Source: Octopus sinensis (Eukaryota). Taken from it: a stretch of 64,000 bases of DNA. The stretch lies in assembly GCF_006345805.1 (NCBI RefSeq), contig NC_043019.1, positions 30,875,360-30,939,359 on the forward strand, given 5' to 3'. Shown piece after piece: positions 22,655 to 36,490 of this stretch (its first letter is position 1; each line of letters starts with the position of its first letter). Made by a program: the position numbers and the translations under genes. The notes under the pieces were generated by a model. It was not told where the DNA came from. It ran no database searches and worked only from the letters and a program-made list of their open reading frames with translations.

Positions 22655-23608
22655 TTATCCCATCACACTGTGTTCCTGGTATAGCAGGGATAGCCTAAAT
22701 GTAATCTCTACCAGATTCCCATTAAAGCAGCAATGAACAACACTATCTATCTATCCGCTCAGTCGAAGTCGACTCTCGGTTACTCGTTGGATCAGTCAGT
22801 TCTATCCTGGGCCGCTTCTTTCAGATTGGCTATGTCCATTCCGGTATCACTCTTGATGGTGTCAAGCCAGTGGGTTCTTGGTCGGCCTCTTCCTCTCTTG
22901 CCACTGAACAACATACATAGGAAAAAAATATAAGATGCCAAAAATAGACAACCCACCACATTGCAACTTCGTAGTCAAGTGTGTTTATGACTCGTTGTCC
23001 CCTATAGCTAACGTTTGCTTTTGTTTTTAATTGAAAAATGAATTTATGTAATGAAATGAACATGTGATGAACCCAGTATCTCATCTGGTAAACAATCAAG
23101 GCCTAGACTCTTTACAGTTGAGGAAATTATTGATGATGTTTATTCTTTGAACAAAGAGTTCAACCTTACGCAGACAATGAGAGTGATTTGGACAATCAAA
23201 CTGGTGAAAGTGATGAGGAAATTAGCAATTTGGGTGAACAAATATGGTAGTTGATAGATAGGTTTATTTATTATTGTTATTCTTATAGATTTTTTTGTGA
23301 TTCTGTCTGTTACTTTGCCTAACAAGTATGATAGTTGAGAGAAAGGCTTATCATTGTTATTCTGAATATTTTTTTTGTAATTCTCTCTATTAGTTTGCCT
23401 GCAATAAACAAATACAATAGTTGAGAGATAGGCCTATTGTTATTCTCCTGAATTTTTTTTTTTTTTGTGATTCTGTCCATTAGCCTACCTGCAATCATTA
23501 CTCTTGAGCTGTATATCTAACTATTTATTTATTTATTTTTTTTTTTTGGCTCAGGAACCCAAGTAGAGGGTAAAGTTAGACGCAGGGGCCCAGGTCTAAG
23601 AGGGTTAA
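22655..23608 (+). mobile_element. Non-autonomous piggyBac-like deletion derivative
   Basis: Ends AGAGGG-TTAA; retains an acidic stretch resembling a piggyBac N-terminus (FTVEEIIDDV..DNESDLDNQTGESDEEIS, with a frameshift); homologous shorter copy at 27785-28311. Confidence 0.6.
22743..22904 (-). mobile_element. RTE (BovB-like) LINE 3' fragment with 9-bp TSD
   Basis: Encodes GKRGRGRPRTHWLDTIKSDTGMDIANLKEAAQDR; (GATA)n tail; TSD TGAACAACA at 22734-22742 and 22905-22913. Confidence 0.85.
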
Positions 23609-23713
23609 TACCTACCACTGCTGCTACCCATTACGATCGCTACTTTATGTTTGGACACTTTTAGCAAAGTCTACTCTGTTGTTATTGAGTATCAATCAGG
23701 TTTCATGATACCA

Positions 23714-23947
23714 ATAAGGCGGCGAGCTGGCAGAAACGTTAGCACGCAGAGCGAAATGCTTAGCGGTATTTCGTCTGCCGTTACGTTTTGAGTTCAAATT
23801 CTGCCGAGGTCGACTTTGCCTTTCATCCTTTCGGGGTCGATAAATTAAGTACCAGTTACGCACTGGGGTCGATGTAATCGACTTAATACCTATGTCTGCC
23901 CTTGTTTGTCCCCTCTGTGTTTAGCCCCTTGTGGGTGATAAAGAAAT
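23714..23947 (+). mobile_element. SINE family B with 16-bp TSD
   Basis: TSD AGGTTTCATGATACCA at 23698-23713 and 23948-23963. Confidence 0.92.
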
Positions 23948-24234
23948 AGGTTTCATGATACCATTTTCTTGCAGAAGGATGTCCTGCCCTACTGAAACCA
24001 CTTTGCAGCATAGATTGAATGCATTTTAGGACAAGTTTCCCTTGAATGTGGTTTTGTGAAATCCACACCTTGTGTGTTTCTGAATCTGTGTGTATTAAAT
24101 CTTCTCTGCACATTAATCTCATTTATTAATTAAAATCACAGTTAATTACGTCTGATTCTAACTTTGGAATTTTTGTATTCTCTTCACGTCTTGGAAGACA
24201 TTGTTGTTTCATGTATCTCTGTCTTATATATTCT

Positions 24235-24585
24235 ATTGTTACCAGTTTCTCAAACCTAAACCAACCAAAACAGAGAGGGAACCTAGTAGTTATTGAACTG
24301 AAAATTACAGCCAAAACTTGCTCAAATTAACTACCACTGCAATAAGCAAGGAAGGACACACTGGATAATATTATCCTATACAATAGCCATCATTCCAAGG
24401 GAGTATATTATATTGTCACCAGTTTCTCAAGCCCAAACCAACCAAAACAGAGAGGGAATCTATGTAGTTATTTAACTGAAAATAACAGCCAAAACTTGCT
24501 AAAATTAACTACCACTGTCATAAGCAAAGAAGGACACACTGGATAATATCGTCCTATACAATAGCCATCATTCACAAGGGAGTAT
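24235..24585. repeat. Tandem duplication of a ~176-bp unit
   Basis: TATTGTyACCAGTTTCTCAA...CAAGGGAGTAT occurs twice (24235, 24411) with scattered differences. Confidence 0.9.
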
Positions 24586-26011
24586 GACTAAGTAGCATGT
24601 CCCATGCTTCTGTCAATTGTTTTAGGTGCCTATGTAGTTGTGCATGAAGACTGGTAGAAGCTCAAACCTCTTGGTTCTTGCAGCCTTGATGTAGTGAGAC
24701 ATCCAAGGTTTGAGAGCTGGAGGTAGAGAGGGCTGCATCAATACTAGGCTGGTATTCATTTATGACTGAGTAAACACGGGAAAAGGAAAATGTAGTGAAT
24801 TACTCAATAACATAACATTCCACCCAACAAGAAATCAAATCCGTCATCTAATGCTTGTGTGTATAACCTCAGCAATGAAGCCCTCGATGCACTTAAAAAG
24901 ACAGGATAATCATGGGTGGAATGCTTCGGATCAGGGGTTTATTTATACAAAGGTTGAGCTAGAGTTAGTAAACAATACCAAGAACAGCAGAAAACAGCCT
25001 ATCAATTTATACCATTTTATTAGAATCCCAATAGGGCTGACTTCTATTGCTGTGACATCAACTTTTTCTTGAAGGAAAAGAAAGAGAAAAAATGAAACTA
25101 AGGTCCAAAGTATAAATTATATTAAAACTCTAAAATTTAAGTCAAATTTTTAATAAAAAAATAATGTTTATAAATTATATTTCAGATGTAATATCATGGA
25201 AAAGATATATGGAGAGACCCAATTCCAAAGAAATCGATCGTGAGAAATTACATGGTGTTTGTTCTGTGAATTGTAGATAACAAGGAATTGATTTTTGTTT
25301 GAAAGCACCACTTGTTTGTGAACTGTTGCAATGTGGTTGAGTTTTTTTTAATTTTTTCTCTATTTCAAAAATATCATTTTGAAGAATTTTCTAAAATGCA
25401 AAGAGAACTTCAAAAAAAAAAAACAAGTTCAACAAATTGGCCAAAATGAAAATAAAAAAAGAAAATACTCATGATAATAATAATTTATTTCTTTATTGCC
25501 CACAGGGTGCTAAACATAGAGGTGACAAACAAGGACAGACAAAGGGATTAAGTCGATTACATCGACTCCGGTGCATAACTGGTAGTTATTTAATTGACCC
25601 CGAAAGGATGAAAGGCGAAGTTGACCTCAGCGGAATTTGAACTCAAATAATAATACTTTTTACTATAGGGACAAGGTCTGAAGTTTTGTTGGGAGGGACT
25701 AGTCATTTATAATGACACTAGAGCTCAACCGGTGCTTAGTTCATCAGCTCTGAAAGGATGAAAGGCAATGCCAGCCTCAGTAAAATTTGCATTGCAGAAG
25801 GCAAAGAGCTGGAAGGAATAGCATTAAGCATTTTGTCCATTATGGTAAAAATTCTACCAACTTGCTGCCCTCTTCACAATTTTGATGGTAATAAAAACTT
25901 CCATAGCCATGAGTCTAGAAATTCGTAGGGAATCTTCAGTAGTAATTTCGTAAATAAGCCGAATCATTTCTAAGAGGTACAAAGCCACAAATTTAGAGCA
26001 AAGGGGTTGCC

Positions 26012-26240
26012 TTAACCCTTTCGTTACCAACCCAGCTTTAACTGGCTCTGGCTTTGTAGTACAAATGTCTTGTTTTCATAAGTTTTGAATTAAAATCTTC
26101 CACCAAACCTTAGTCGCAATTTTTGTTCCTAACACTAGCTTAATGATAGCTAAGTTATTTTACTAAATTCTTTGTTATATTTAAAGTAATTGAAAGAAAC
26201 ACAGAGCATCTTAAAATATATACAGTAACAAAAGGGTTAA
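26012..26240 (-). mobile_element. piggyBac-type MITE family 1
   Basis: TTAACCCTTT...AAAGGGTTAA. Confidence 0.9.
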
Positions 26241-26783
26241 ACCCAGATGGGTACTTTATCAAATCTGTTGAATGAAAGGCACAGATTACCTCAGTTGGAT
26301 TTGAACTTGGAAAGTAAAGAACTAGGATGACTACTGAGAGATTTTATCTGATGCCTTAAGAATTTTACCAAACCACTGTATTGATAATAATGCTTTCAAA
26401 TTTTGGCCCAAGGCCAGCAGTATTTGGGAAGAGGACTTGTCAATTACAATGACCCACAGTGCTCAATTGGTACTTGTTTTATTGACCCTGGATGGACGAA
26501 AGGCAAAGTCGACCTTGGTGGAGTTTGAACTCAGAGTATAAAAGTGGATGAAATGCTGCTAAGTATTTTGCCTGGCATGTTAACGATTCTGCCAGCTGGC
26601 CATGCTGGGGCAGTGGCTTGACCTGTTTAATCAAATGAATTGACCCCATTATTTTCTTGTTAAAGCCTGGTACTTATTCTGTTGGTCCCTTTTGCCAAAG
26701 CACTAAAGTTAGTTGTGAAGTACTGATGGGGGACAAACAAAAACATACAGACATATGTGTACATACACACGCACACACACACA

Positions 26784-26830
<47 letters not shown>

Positions 26831-27784
26831 AGGCTTCTTTCAGTTTTCATCTATCAAATACACTCTCAAAGCTTTGGTTGGTGCAAGGGTACAGTAGAAG
26901 ACACTTACCCAAAGTGTTACTCAGTGGGACTGAACCCAGACCATATGGAAGGGAAGCAAGCTTTTTACCACACAACCACACCTGCACCAGTATACAGTTT
27001 TTCTTTTTTCAAATATGATCAGATACAATGAGGGAGATTTGATTGATATTTCAAGCAAATCAAAAGAATATTTAGGGGCTCTCTTACTGTTTCAGTCTTT
27101 TGTTGGTTTCATTTATTTTATGGAAGGATAATGGATGTATATTTTCAATTTGATGCAGTAATATGGGTGACTCTATAAAAGGTAAAGTGTACGCTTAAAC
27201 TGTTTAACCAATGAAATTTGAGCTATGAAATGCAATGTCGGAATGTTGAATAACATTTGAAAGGGTCATTTATACTTTCATAATGTCAAGAAACCTAAAC
27301 AGCATTTTAAACTCACTAAATATGACATATGAGATAAGCTGACTAGATTGAAATGATATAGAGAGAAATAAAAGAAGCTAAGAGCAGTTGAGAGCAGCAA
27401 TGCGATTATTAATGAGAAGAGAACAGGGTTAATTGTTAATCGATTGAAGCAGACTATGTAATGAAACACCATTTAATTGACTCTTTAGTGTTGCAATTTA
27501 GCCTAGGAGCAATGAAGTTTCAAAAACTGGGGATTTAAAGCTAGACAGAATCTGGCAAAGATATTAAGTATTAGAAGAACTGGTAATGTATTTAGAAATT
27601 GCTAATTTTAATGATTGATAACTTTGCTGATTTTAATGAAATTCAAATTCATTTGCAATAGCTTGTTTAGCCACAGATCTTCCTTGACTGAGCAGACAAG
27701 CCATTAATCAAAACCATAACTTGGTTATAATAAATGAAACAGAATGGATTTCACTTGAAGCAGCAAAGGGCCATGGCAGTGGTG

Positions 27785-28311
27785 TTAACCTTCTCACACC
27801 ATATTCCTGCTGTAGCAGGAATAGGTTAAACAAAACATCATCTCTGCCAGATTCCAGGTAAAATGGTAATGAGCAATGCATATAGGAAAAGAAGATGCAG
27901 CTGATTTTGTCCATTAATTTTCCCACAGTTGTTAGTCTTGAACTGTATATGTAAGTGTCTATTTATTTGCTCAGGAGCTCAGGAAGATTGATTCAGACAA
28001 TCAAACTGGTGAAAGTGATGAGGTAATTAGAGATTCGGGTGAACAAATATGGTAGATGACAGATAGGTCTATTTTGTTATTCCCACAAATTTTTTTTTTT
28101 TTGCGTTTCTGTCAATTAGTTTACCTAACAAGTATGGTATTTAGAGAAAGGCTTATTATTGTTATTCTTCTGAATTTTTTTGTGTGTTTCTGTCTTGTAG
28201 TTTGCCTGCAGTCATTATTCATGAGCTGTATATGTAACTATTTATTTTTTTGCTCGGGAGCCCAGGTAGAGGGCAAAGTTAGACACAGGGGCCCAGGTAG
28301 GAGAAGGTTCA
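27785..28311 (+). mobile_element. Non-autonomous piggyBac-like element (relative of 22655-23608)
   Basis: Imperfect TIR TTAACCTTCTCACACC / GGTAGGAGAAGGTTCA; shared GACAATCAAACTGGTGAAAGTGATGAGG block. Confidence 0.6.
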
Positions 28312-29227
28312 GCTAGATAACATTCATATATATTGTCCTATGACCACTCTTGGTCACTGTCTTCAAGAATACATTATACTGCCTCTAGTATTTGGCTGTC
28401 AAAATCTTCTGACAAGTACAGAGGGATGAAAAGGCAAAGCAAACCTGGGAGCAATTTAAATTCTGATTATAAAATGATGTAATCAAATACTACACAAAAT
28501 TTTACTCAATACTTTGATTTTACCATCAAATGTCAAGAATGTCTAATATTTCTAATTAATTTCCATAACATCTAATAAAGCAACTAAAATTCTCTCAACA
28601 TTTTTATGATTTGTGTTTGAATTGTCTTTCAAAACTGGAAATATTGCTAAAACATTAATCAATGATATCAATGATTTAACAAGTGTTTCTTATGGCATAA
28701 GGAAGCCTTGAGGACTTAAAAATAATGGACAGACAAATTGCAAAAAATTGAGATATTTTTTTATAAACTTTTAAAACTTGTCCAACACCAAATCAAAGTG
28801 AAAAATTATATGAATGCATAATATTTTTTTTTATCTTCTCATTAATAAAGAGAGAGGGGACAAAAATATTTCCATAATATTTTGGTGAGCAGGGCAGGGT
28901 CTGGAATTTATCAGTTTGAAAACCACTACCTTGGTAGTTGTGCTCCAGCATGGCCATCACGACCTACTGGCTTGAACCAATAAAAGAATAATTTCTTTTA
29001 CTCCTTTATAATGTACAGAATTGCATGGACATTTACAACATAACTACTTTAGGAGATTAATGATATTTCTGTTACCATGGATACTACATCAGTTGGTCAA
29101 TACTCTTGTGTGAAAGCAGTTTGGTTCACAACCTCAGAGTTTTAGGTTCGATCTCATCTTGGGCCAGTGCCTTCTGCTATATCATCTGGTCAACCAAGCC
29201 CAAGTGAAATCTGGTGGATGGCAATCA

Positions 29228-29574
29228 TCTTGTTTCAGCTAGTTGATGGTGGCCATGCTGGGGCACCACCTTGAAGAATTTTTAGTCGAATCAATTGACA
29301 CCAGAATTAATTCTTTTATAAGCTTGGTACTCATTTTATCAGCCTCCTTTGCTAAATTGCTACATTATGGGGACATAAACACACCAACACCAATTGTCAA
29401 GCAGTTGTGGGGGACAAACACCGAGACAAAGACACACACATGCATACATACATACATACATACATACATACATACATACATCATACATACATACATACAT
29501 ACATACATACATACATACATACATACATACATACATACGTACATACATACTTATGTACACATACATATATATAT

Positions 29575-29615
<41 letters not shown>

Positions 29616-29790
29616 CATACACACATATATATGATGGGCTTCTTTCAGATTCTGTCTGCCAAATCCACTCACAAGGCTTTGGTTGGCCTGAAGCTATAGT
29701 TGAAGACATTTGCCCAAGGTGCTACATGGTGGAACTGAACCTGAAACAATGTGGTTGGAAAGCAAGTTTCTTACCATACAACTACATCTA
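29228..29790 (-). mobile_element. SINE family A with expanded (TACA)n/(TA)n middle
   Basis: Family A halves flank a ~190-bp microsatellite. Confidence 0.85.
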
Positions 29791-30545
29791 TAAGATTGTT
29801 AGACCATGTTGAGGTCATGTTTTCTCCCTCTCCGGTCAACAGAATAAATAACACACAAAAACAGAGTGGGGGCAGGGGCAATATAGTTAACAAAACCTTA
29901 ACAAAGTAAGGCAGTGAGCTGGCAGAATTGTTAGCATGCTGGACGAAATGCTTAGCAGTATTTTGTCACTGTTATGTTCTGAGTTCAAATTCTGCTGAAG
30001 TCGACTTTGCTTTTCATCCTGCCGGAGTCGATGAAATAAGTACCAGTTATGCACTGGGTCAATGTAATCGACATAATGTCCTTGTTTGTCCCCTCTATGT
30101 TTCACCCCCTGTGGGCAATAAAGAAATAAATATACTTAACAAAACCTTTAAAAGCTGAGCTCCAACAGGACCACATTGCAAAATGAAGAAAAAATACACA
30201 ACTGTAATAAACTACTGGTGTATTTTCTGAAATGTATTATCATTATTGATATCTTAGACTTCAGCTTATAATGCTTATATTTTAGTACCGATGTTCATTT
30301 CGGAATCTTTAAGAGACGCAAGGAAGAAACTGAGGGTAAGTGAGAGAAATAAACAAACAGTGAAATACATATGAAAATATATTACTAACAGAGGGTGGCT
30401 TTTCTGCTTGTCTCTAAATGATATCTGATTACCAATTTGCATAATTTTTCTTCTATGTTACATCTAATTCTCTTTTGTTTACTTTATTTATCTAATAGTA
30501 CTCACCAGCTAAGGAAATATTTCTTTCATTATTTTATGGCAGTAT

Positions 30546-32165
30546 AAGGTGGCAAGCTGGTGGAGTCATTAACACATCAGGCAAAATGCTTAATGGTATT
30601 TCGTCTGCCTTTGTGTTCTGAGTTCAAATTCAACTGGGATTGACTTTGTCTTTTGTTTGTTTGGGATGAATGAAACATCATATTTTAATGTGTATAAGGA
30701 ACTCCCTAATGTTTGGAGCTTAAAATTTGGAAAAGAGGTTTCGTAAGGGATTATAATACTATCCATGTATAAGAAACTTCCATATTTTTTTAACCTAATT
30801 TTTGACAAAAAAGGGTTCCTTATACACGTTTGAAATATGGTAAATATCAGTCGATGTAATCAACTTACCCCCTTCCTCCCAAATACTGGCCTTATGCTAA
30901 AATTTGGAAATATTTCATAGCAGCCTAAGGTGGAAAGCTGGTAGAATCGTTAACACATCTGGCAAAATGCTTAGTGGCATTTTGTCCCTCTTTATGTTCT
31001 GGGGTTGACTTTGCCTTTCATTCTTTTTGGGGACAAAAATCAATACCTGTGGAACACTAGGGTTGATTTTGGCACAAGGGCAACATTTTGTCTGTCAATG
31101 TCTGAGTTCAAATTCCACCAGAGTCCACCTTGCCTTTCATCTGTTTGGGATCAATAAAATAAAAAACCAGTTGAATACTGGGGTTGATGTAATCAACTTA
31201 CCCCCTTCCCCCAAAAATACTGGCCTTGTGCTAAAATTTGGAATCATTTCATAGCAGCCTAAGGAGGCAAGCTGGTAGAATCATCAGACAAAATGCTTAG
31301 TGGTATTTCGTCCATCTTTATGTTCTGGGTTCAAATTTCACCGAGGTTGACTTTGCCTTTTGTCTGTTTGGGATCAATAAAATAAGTACCAGTTGGATAC
31401 TACTAGGGTCAGTTTATTTGACCTAGTACTTTCCCAAACTTGCTGGCATTGTGCCAAAATTTGGAAACCTTTAATTGCAGTTTAAAGTAATGAGCTGGTA
31501 TAATCGTTAGCACATCAGAAAAATGCTTAGTGGTATCTTGTCAGTCTTTACATGCTGGGTTCACTTTCTGCAAAGGTTGACTTTGCTTGTCATCCTCTTG
31601 GGGTCAATAAAATACTAACAGAGCACTAGGGTCGAAATAATTAATTAGCCCCTCCACCCTACAAATTTCAGGTCTTGTGCCCAATGTACAAAGGGTTATT
31701 TTATTGCAGTTTTAATCTCTCCCCCTTTTAAGGAGGTGAGCTGGCAAAAACATTATCACGCCAGGCGAAATGCTTAGCAGTATTTCGTCTGCCGCTACAT
31801 TCTGAGTTCAAATTCTGCCGAGGTCAACTTAGCCTTTCATCCTTTCAGGGTCGATTAAATAAGTACCAGTTACGCCCTGGGGGTCAATGTAATTGACTTA
31901 ATCCCTTTGTCTGTCTTTGTTTGTCCCATCTATGTTTAGCCCCTTGTGGGCAATAAAGAAATAAGAAATGTTAGCACACTGGGTGAAATGCTTAGCAGTA
32001 TTTTGTCTGTCTTTACATTCTGAGTTCAAATTCTGCTATGGCTGACTTTGCCTTTCATCTTTTTGGGGTCAATAAATTAAGTACCAGTTGTGTATTGCAG
32101 TCGATCTAATCGACTGACAGCCTCCCCAAAAAATTTTGGGCCTTGTGCCTAGAGTAGAAAAGAAT
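30546..32165 (+). mobile_element. Head-to-tail cluster of about six family-B SINEs
   Basis: Heads at ~30546, 30927, 31261, 31485, 31729 and 31965; spacer ATTTCATAGCAGCCTAAGG is duplicated. Confidence 0.85.
30676..30842. mobile_element. Tc2/pogo-like MITE nested in a SINE
   Basis: Imperfect TIRs CATATTTTAATGTGTATAAGGA / TCCTTATACACGTTTGAAATATGGTA. Confidence 0.55.
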
Positions 32166-32619
32166 ATCTGGCACTTTTAAACAAACTTGTATGTAGTCAA
32201 TCTTCTATGTGGTCGTTTATTATGCTAGAAATAGCAAGCATCACATGGATATATTTTAAGGCGTATAGCATACCAAACAGTCATACCAACAAATTCACCT
32301 TTATTTCTTTCTCTCTTTTTAAAAATTATGTCAGTGTAGTGTTTTCAGATTATCTGCCTGCCCAGTCAGCTGAAGTTAAATTGTATTCAGATTAATGTGG
32401 GGTAGGGTGGGGGATGAAATTGGTTTCAAATTAACTCTGGATTTAATTTGAAATTGATTTCCCCTTAACCCCTATGATTTTAGATTACTCTCTCAAATCT
32501 TTCCTGAAATGTTCATTGACAAATAAAGAGTTTCCTCTGTGTGTGTGTTGTGCAAGCATTAGGTACATGAATGTAAACCAGAGAGAGTTGGCCAAAGTTG
32601 AAAAATGTTGCATTGAAAG

Positions 32620-32960
32620 TATCATCATCATCATCATCATTGTTTAACGTCCGCTTTCTATGCTAGCATGGGTTGGACGATTTGACTGAGGGCTGGTGAA
32701 CCAGATGGCTGCACCAGGCTCCAATCTTGATCTGGCAGAGTTTCTACAGCTGGATGCCCTTCCTAACGCCAACCACTCCGAGAGTGTAGTGGGTGCTTTT
32801 ATGCGCCACCGGCATGAGGGTCAGTCAGGCGGTATGGGCAACAGCCTCGCTTGAATGGTTTTTCACATGTCACAAATGGCACAAATGCCAGTAAGGTGAC
32901 ACTGGTAACAATCACACTTGACTGGTGCTTTTTACGATCACGCTCAGATGATGCTCATCA
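32620..32960 (-). mobile_element. Family D retroelement copy
   Basis: (CAT)n tail and family D body. Confidence 0.75.
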
Positions 32961-33879
32961 TGTATGAATATATCTTGTACTGCATATAAATGCATTCTAT
33001 TTGCATTTAAATCATATATGTATTAATATATTTTGTTTAATATAACATTTCGATTGCTGGTTTATTAAAAACAAACAAAATATAAATTATTAAAATAATT
33101 GCAGACGTTGATGTTTGAAGTTGTTTCTTTTTAAAGGCATCATAAAAATGTTAGGGGATGTATTAGAAAAAAAAAATCATTAGAAAACTTGACTGTAGCT
33201 TCTATTAACTTATTTCTTTTCCACCAATATTTGTATATTTTAGTATTAGTACATTAGTACATAATATTAACACATAGAAACAGAGATTGGAAATGATGTT
33301 CTTTTTATTTCTGTTCATTACATGGACTATGATAACACAAACAGAGAAAGTTACTGTAAGTGAATTAACTATTAGAAATACATATTAAAGAGATGGAGAG
33401 AAAGAGAAAGAAAGAAGGCATGTGATGGGTTTCTTTCAGCTTCATTCTACCAAATCACCTCTCAAGGCTTTGTCAGGCTTGGCTGATAGTAGAATATTCT
33501 TGCCCAAGCTACTATGCAGTAGGATTGGACTCAAAGCCATGTGTTTGAGAAGCAAACCTTTTACCTCACAGCTATGCCTATGCCTCACTATTTTCACTGC
33601 AGACAGAAAAAAAGATATCAGCTGGATTCTAGAGTCAATTGTTCTTACTTCATTAGCATCCATTTATCCTACTGTTAACCAGCACTGGGTTAACCCATCA
33701 AGCAAAATAAGCACGTGCTTAGGGCATCAAGGGATGGGGACACCACAGAAATGAAAATGGTTTACGACACAAAAGAAATCACTTTAAACTTGCTAAAATA
33801 ATATTCGTAATGCCTTATCTCTACTAAGTATAGAAACAGGAGTTTTATGTAAAATCAATTATAATGATATTGAACAGAT

Positions 33880-34255
33880 AGGCACAGGAGTGGTTGTGTG
33901 GTAAGTAGCTTGCTTACCAACCACATGGTTCTGGGTTCATTCCCACTGCGTGGCACCTCAGGCCAACCAAAGCCGTGTGAGTGGATTTGGTAGACGGAAA
34001 CTGAAAGAATATATATATATATATATATGTGTGTGTATATGTTTGTGTGTCTGTGTTTGTCCCCCTAGCATCGCTTGACAACCAATGCTGGTGTGTTTAC
34101 GTCCCCGTAAATTAGCGGTTCGGCAAAAGAGACCAATAGAATAAGTACTAGGCTTACAAAGAATAAGTCCTGGAGTCGATTTGCTCGACTAAAGGCGGTG
34201 CTCCAGCATGGCGGCAGTCAAATGACTGAAACAAGTAAAAGAGTAAAGAATAAAG
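33880..34255 (+). mobile_element. SINE family A
   Basis: Family A consensus with small deletions. Confidence 0.88.
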
Positions 34256-34347
34256 AGATAGCAGAACAGATTGAGAAAATAAAAGAAAGCAAATTGTTCT
34301 TTCTCCCTTTGATTTATAGTTGTTGCTTGGACGTAGCAGAAAACACT

Positions 34348-35489
34348 TGGCGATAAAGACCAGGTTGTAACCATTGTTCTGATTGGTTAGTTTTTAGAGT
34401 CAAATTGTCCCCTAAACAATTGCGTCTATTTACACAATCAACTAATCAGATGTGCTAAAATGGATCACGTGTTCTCTTGATGGAAAAACTTTCACCAGCT
34501 TCTGGGAGCCCACTATTCCCTATAAGAAGGACAATTTTCGACTGCTCTAGGCCTTTGGCACTCACCATTGACCACACACTCATCTCGTCTCCGGCAATGA
34601 TGTCCTGACACCAGCCAGTCTCTGCTTTCCAGCAAGACTTTTGTTAGCCGCTCTCCAGCCATCTATTTAAAACTGTATACAGCTATGGTACGACCACACT
34701 TGGAATTCGCATCATCAGTTTGGAACCCCTATCTTGCTCAGAACATTGACCTCCTGGAATCTGTCCAGAGACGTGCAACCAAACGCATACCCTCCATCAG
34801 ACACCTACCATATTCTGAGCGCCTTGTTTCCCTGGGCATGGATTCACTGAAGCTCCGGCGTCTGGCGACGGACTTGGTGAACACCCACAAAGTTATCAAC
34901 CACCTCACCAACAACAACACTGAACACCTTTTTGATCTCCATGTGTCTAACACACGTGGACATGCCTACAAAGTCAGAAAACAACACAGCTCCCATGACT
35001 TTCGGAAACATTTTTTCACGCTCAGAGTTGCTGAAGCATGGAATAAACTACCTGCGTCAGTTGTTGACTGCCATGACACTGCATCCTTTAAGGCCCTCAT
35101 GCTTTCCGAAATCCGCCGAAACTACACCTGATTATATATAGACTTTAGATGAGTTGTAGTGCACCTGAGCACTGTACACAATTATTATTATTATTATTAT
35201 TATTATCATCTCCACCAAACGCCTGTCTACATCATTGCTATATGAAGACCACATAACCAACAAACCAAACACCTGCATCTACACACCACCAACAGTATGT
35301 CAGCTGTGTCTACGACATTGACAGTCCAGCCTAACTACTAACTCCTCACACGTCTTTGTAATAACCTGTTGTGTTCTGTTAATTCCTGTATTGCAATCAT
35401 TGTATTTTATAACAGATAATAAATCATTGCTTACCAGTTCATTTCCATCTCACATAGTATTTATCCTCATTAAACATCTTCGTTATACA
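34348..35489 (+). mobile_element. Possible solo LTR interrupted by a CR1-group LINE
   Basis: TG...CA ends, TATAAG at ~34521, AATAAA at ~35418, imperfect TSD ACACT/CCACT. Confidence 0.3.
34638..35206 (+). mobile_element. 5'-truncated CR1-group LINE (second subfamily, short 3' UTR)
   Basis: ORF 34685-35131 (VRPHLEF..VQRRATK..TRGH..WNKLP) closely similar to 13955-14671; (TTA)n tail. Confidence 0.93.
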
Positions 35490-35554
35490 CCACTTGCTTG
35501 ATGGGTATATTTGTTTACAACTATCATGTGATATCAAGACAAGGAGATAGAGAG

Positions 35555-35865
35555 AATACCAAACGAGTTCCCTATGGATACCGTATTTATTACAATGAGT
35601 GGCTACGGTATCCATAGGGAATGAGTTTGGTATTTTATTTATTACACACGAATAAACGACCATATTTTATTAACCCAATAACTAAATTCTTCACGTTTAG
35701 TTGTAACTTATGAATGACAAAAGTAATGCCGTCACCGTGACCTCGGGTCATCACCATGAATTGACCAATCAGAAGCAGCGCTGTCACCATGACCTCGGGT
35801 CCTCACCATGGATTGACCAATCAGAAGCAGCGCTCGCAGTATCTGACATATGTTAGATACCAAAA
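35555..35865. mobile_element. Hairpin-ended non-autonomous element (Crypton- or Helentron-like architecture)
   Basis: 80-nt hairpin 35555-35634, 52-bp tandem pair containing CCAATCAG, terminal near-palindrome, ATACCAAA at both ends. Confidence 0.45.
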
Positions 35866-36014
35866 ATATCTCAAAGTGTTCTCACTCACATGTGTGTAAT
35901 AAAGTAACATATACACATACAGGGGAAAACATTTCTTCACATAAGAAAAGAAAAAAAAAACCTGGAAGTGGTTCTGTCCCTTTAAGGAGAAAGTTCATCC
36001 CTTTTCTCATTTCA

Positions 36015-36294
36015 TTCTTTTATTCGTTTTATCTTTTTACTTATTTCAGTCATTTGACTGCGACCATGCTGGAGCACTGTCTTTAGTCGAGCAAATTGAC
36101 CCCAGGACTTTTTCTTTGTAAGCCTACTACTTATTCTATTGGTCCCTCTTGCCGAACCGCTAGGTGACAGGGATGTAAACACACCAGTATTGGTTGTCAA
36201 GCGATGTTGGGGGGACAAACACAGACACACAAACATATACACACACACACACACACACACATACAACACACATACACACACACACACATATATA

Positions 36295-36331
<37 letters not shown>

Positions 36332-36490
36332 CGGGCTTCTTTCAGTTTGTGTCTACCAAATCTATCCACAAGGAGTTGGTCGGCCTGAAGCTATAGTAGA
36401 AGACTCTTGCCCAAGGTGCTACACAGTGGGACTGCACCCAGAACCATGTGGTTGGTAAGCAAGTTACTTACCACACAGCCACTCCTGCAC
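36015..36490 (-). mobile_element. SINE family A
   Basis: Reverse complement of the family A consensus. Confidence 0.88.
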
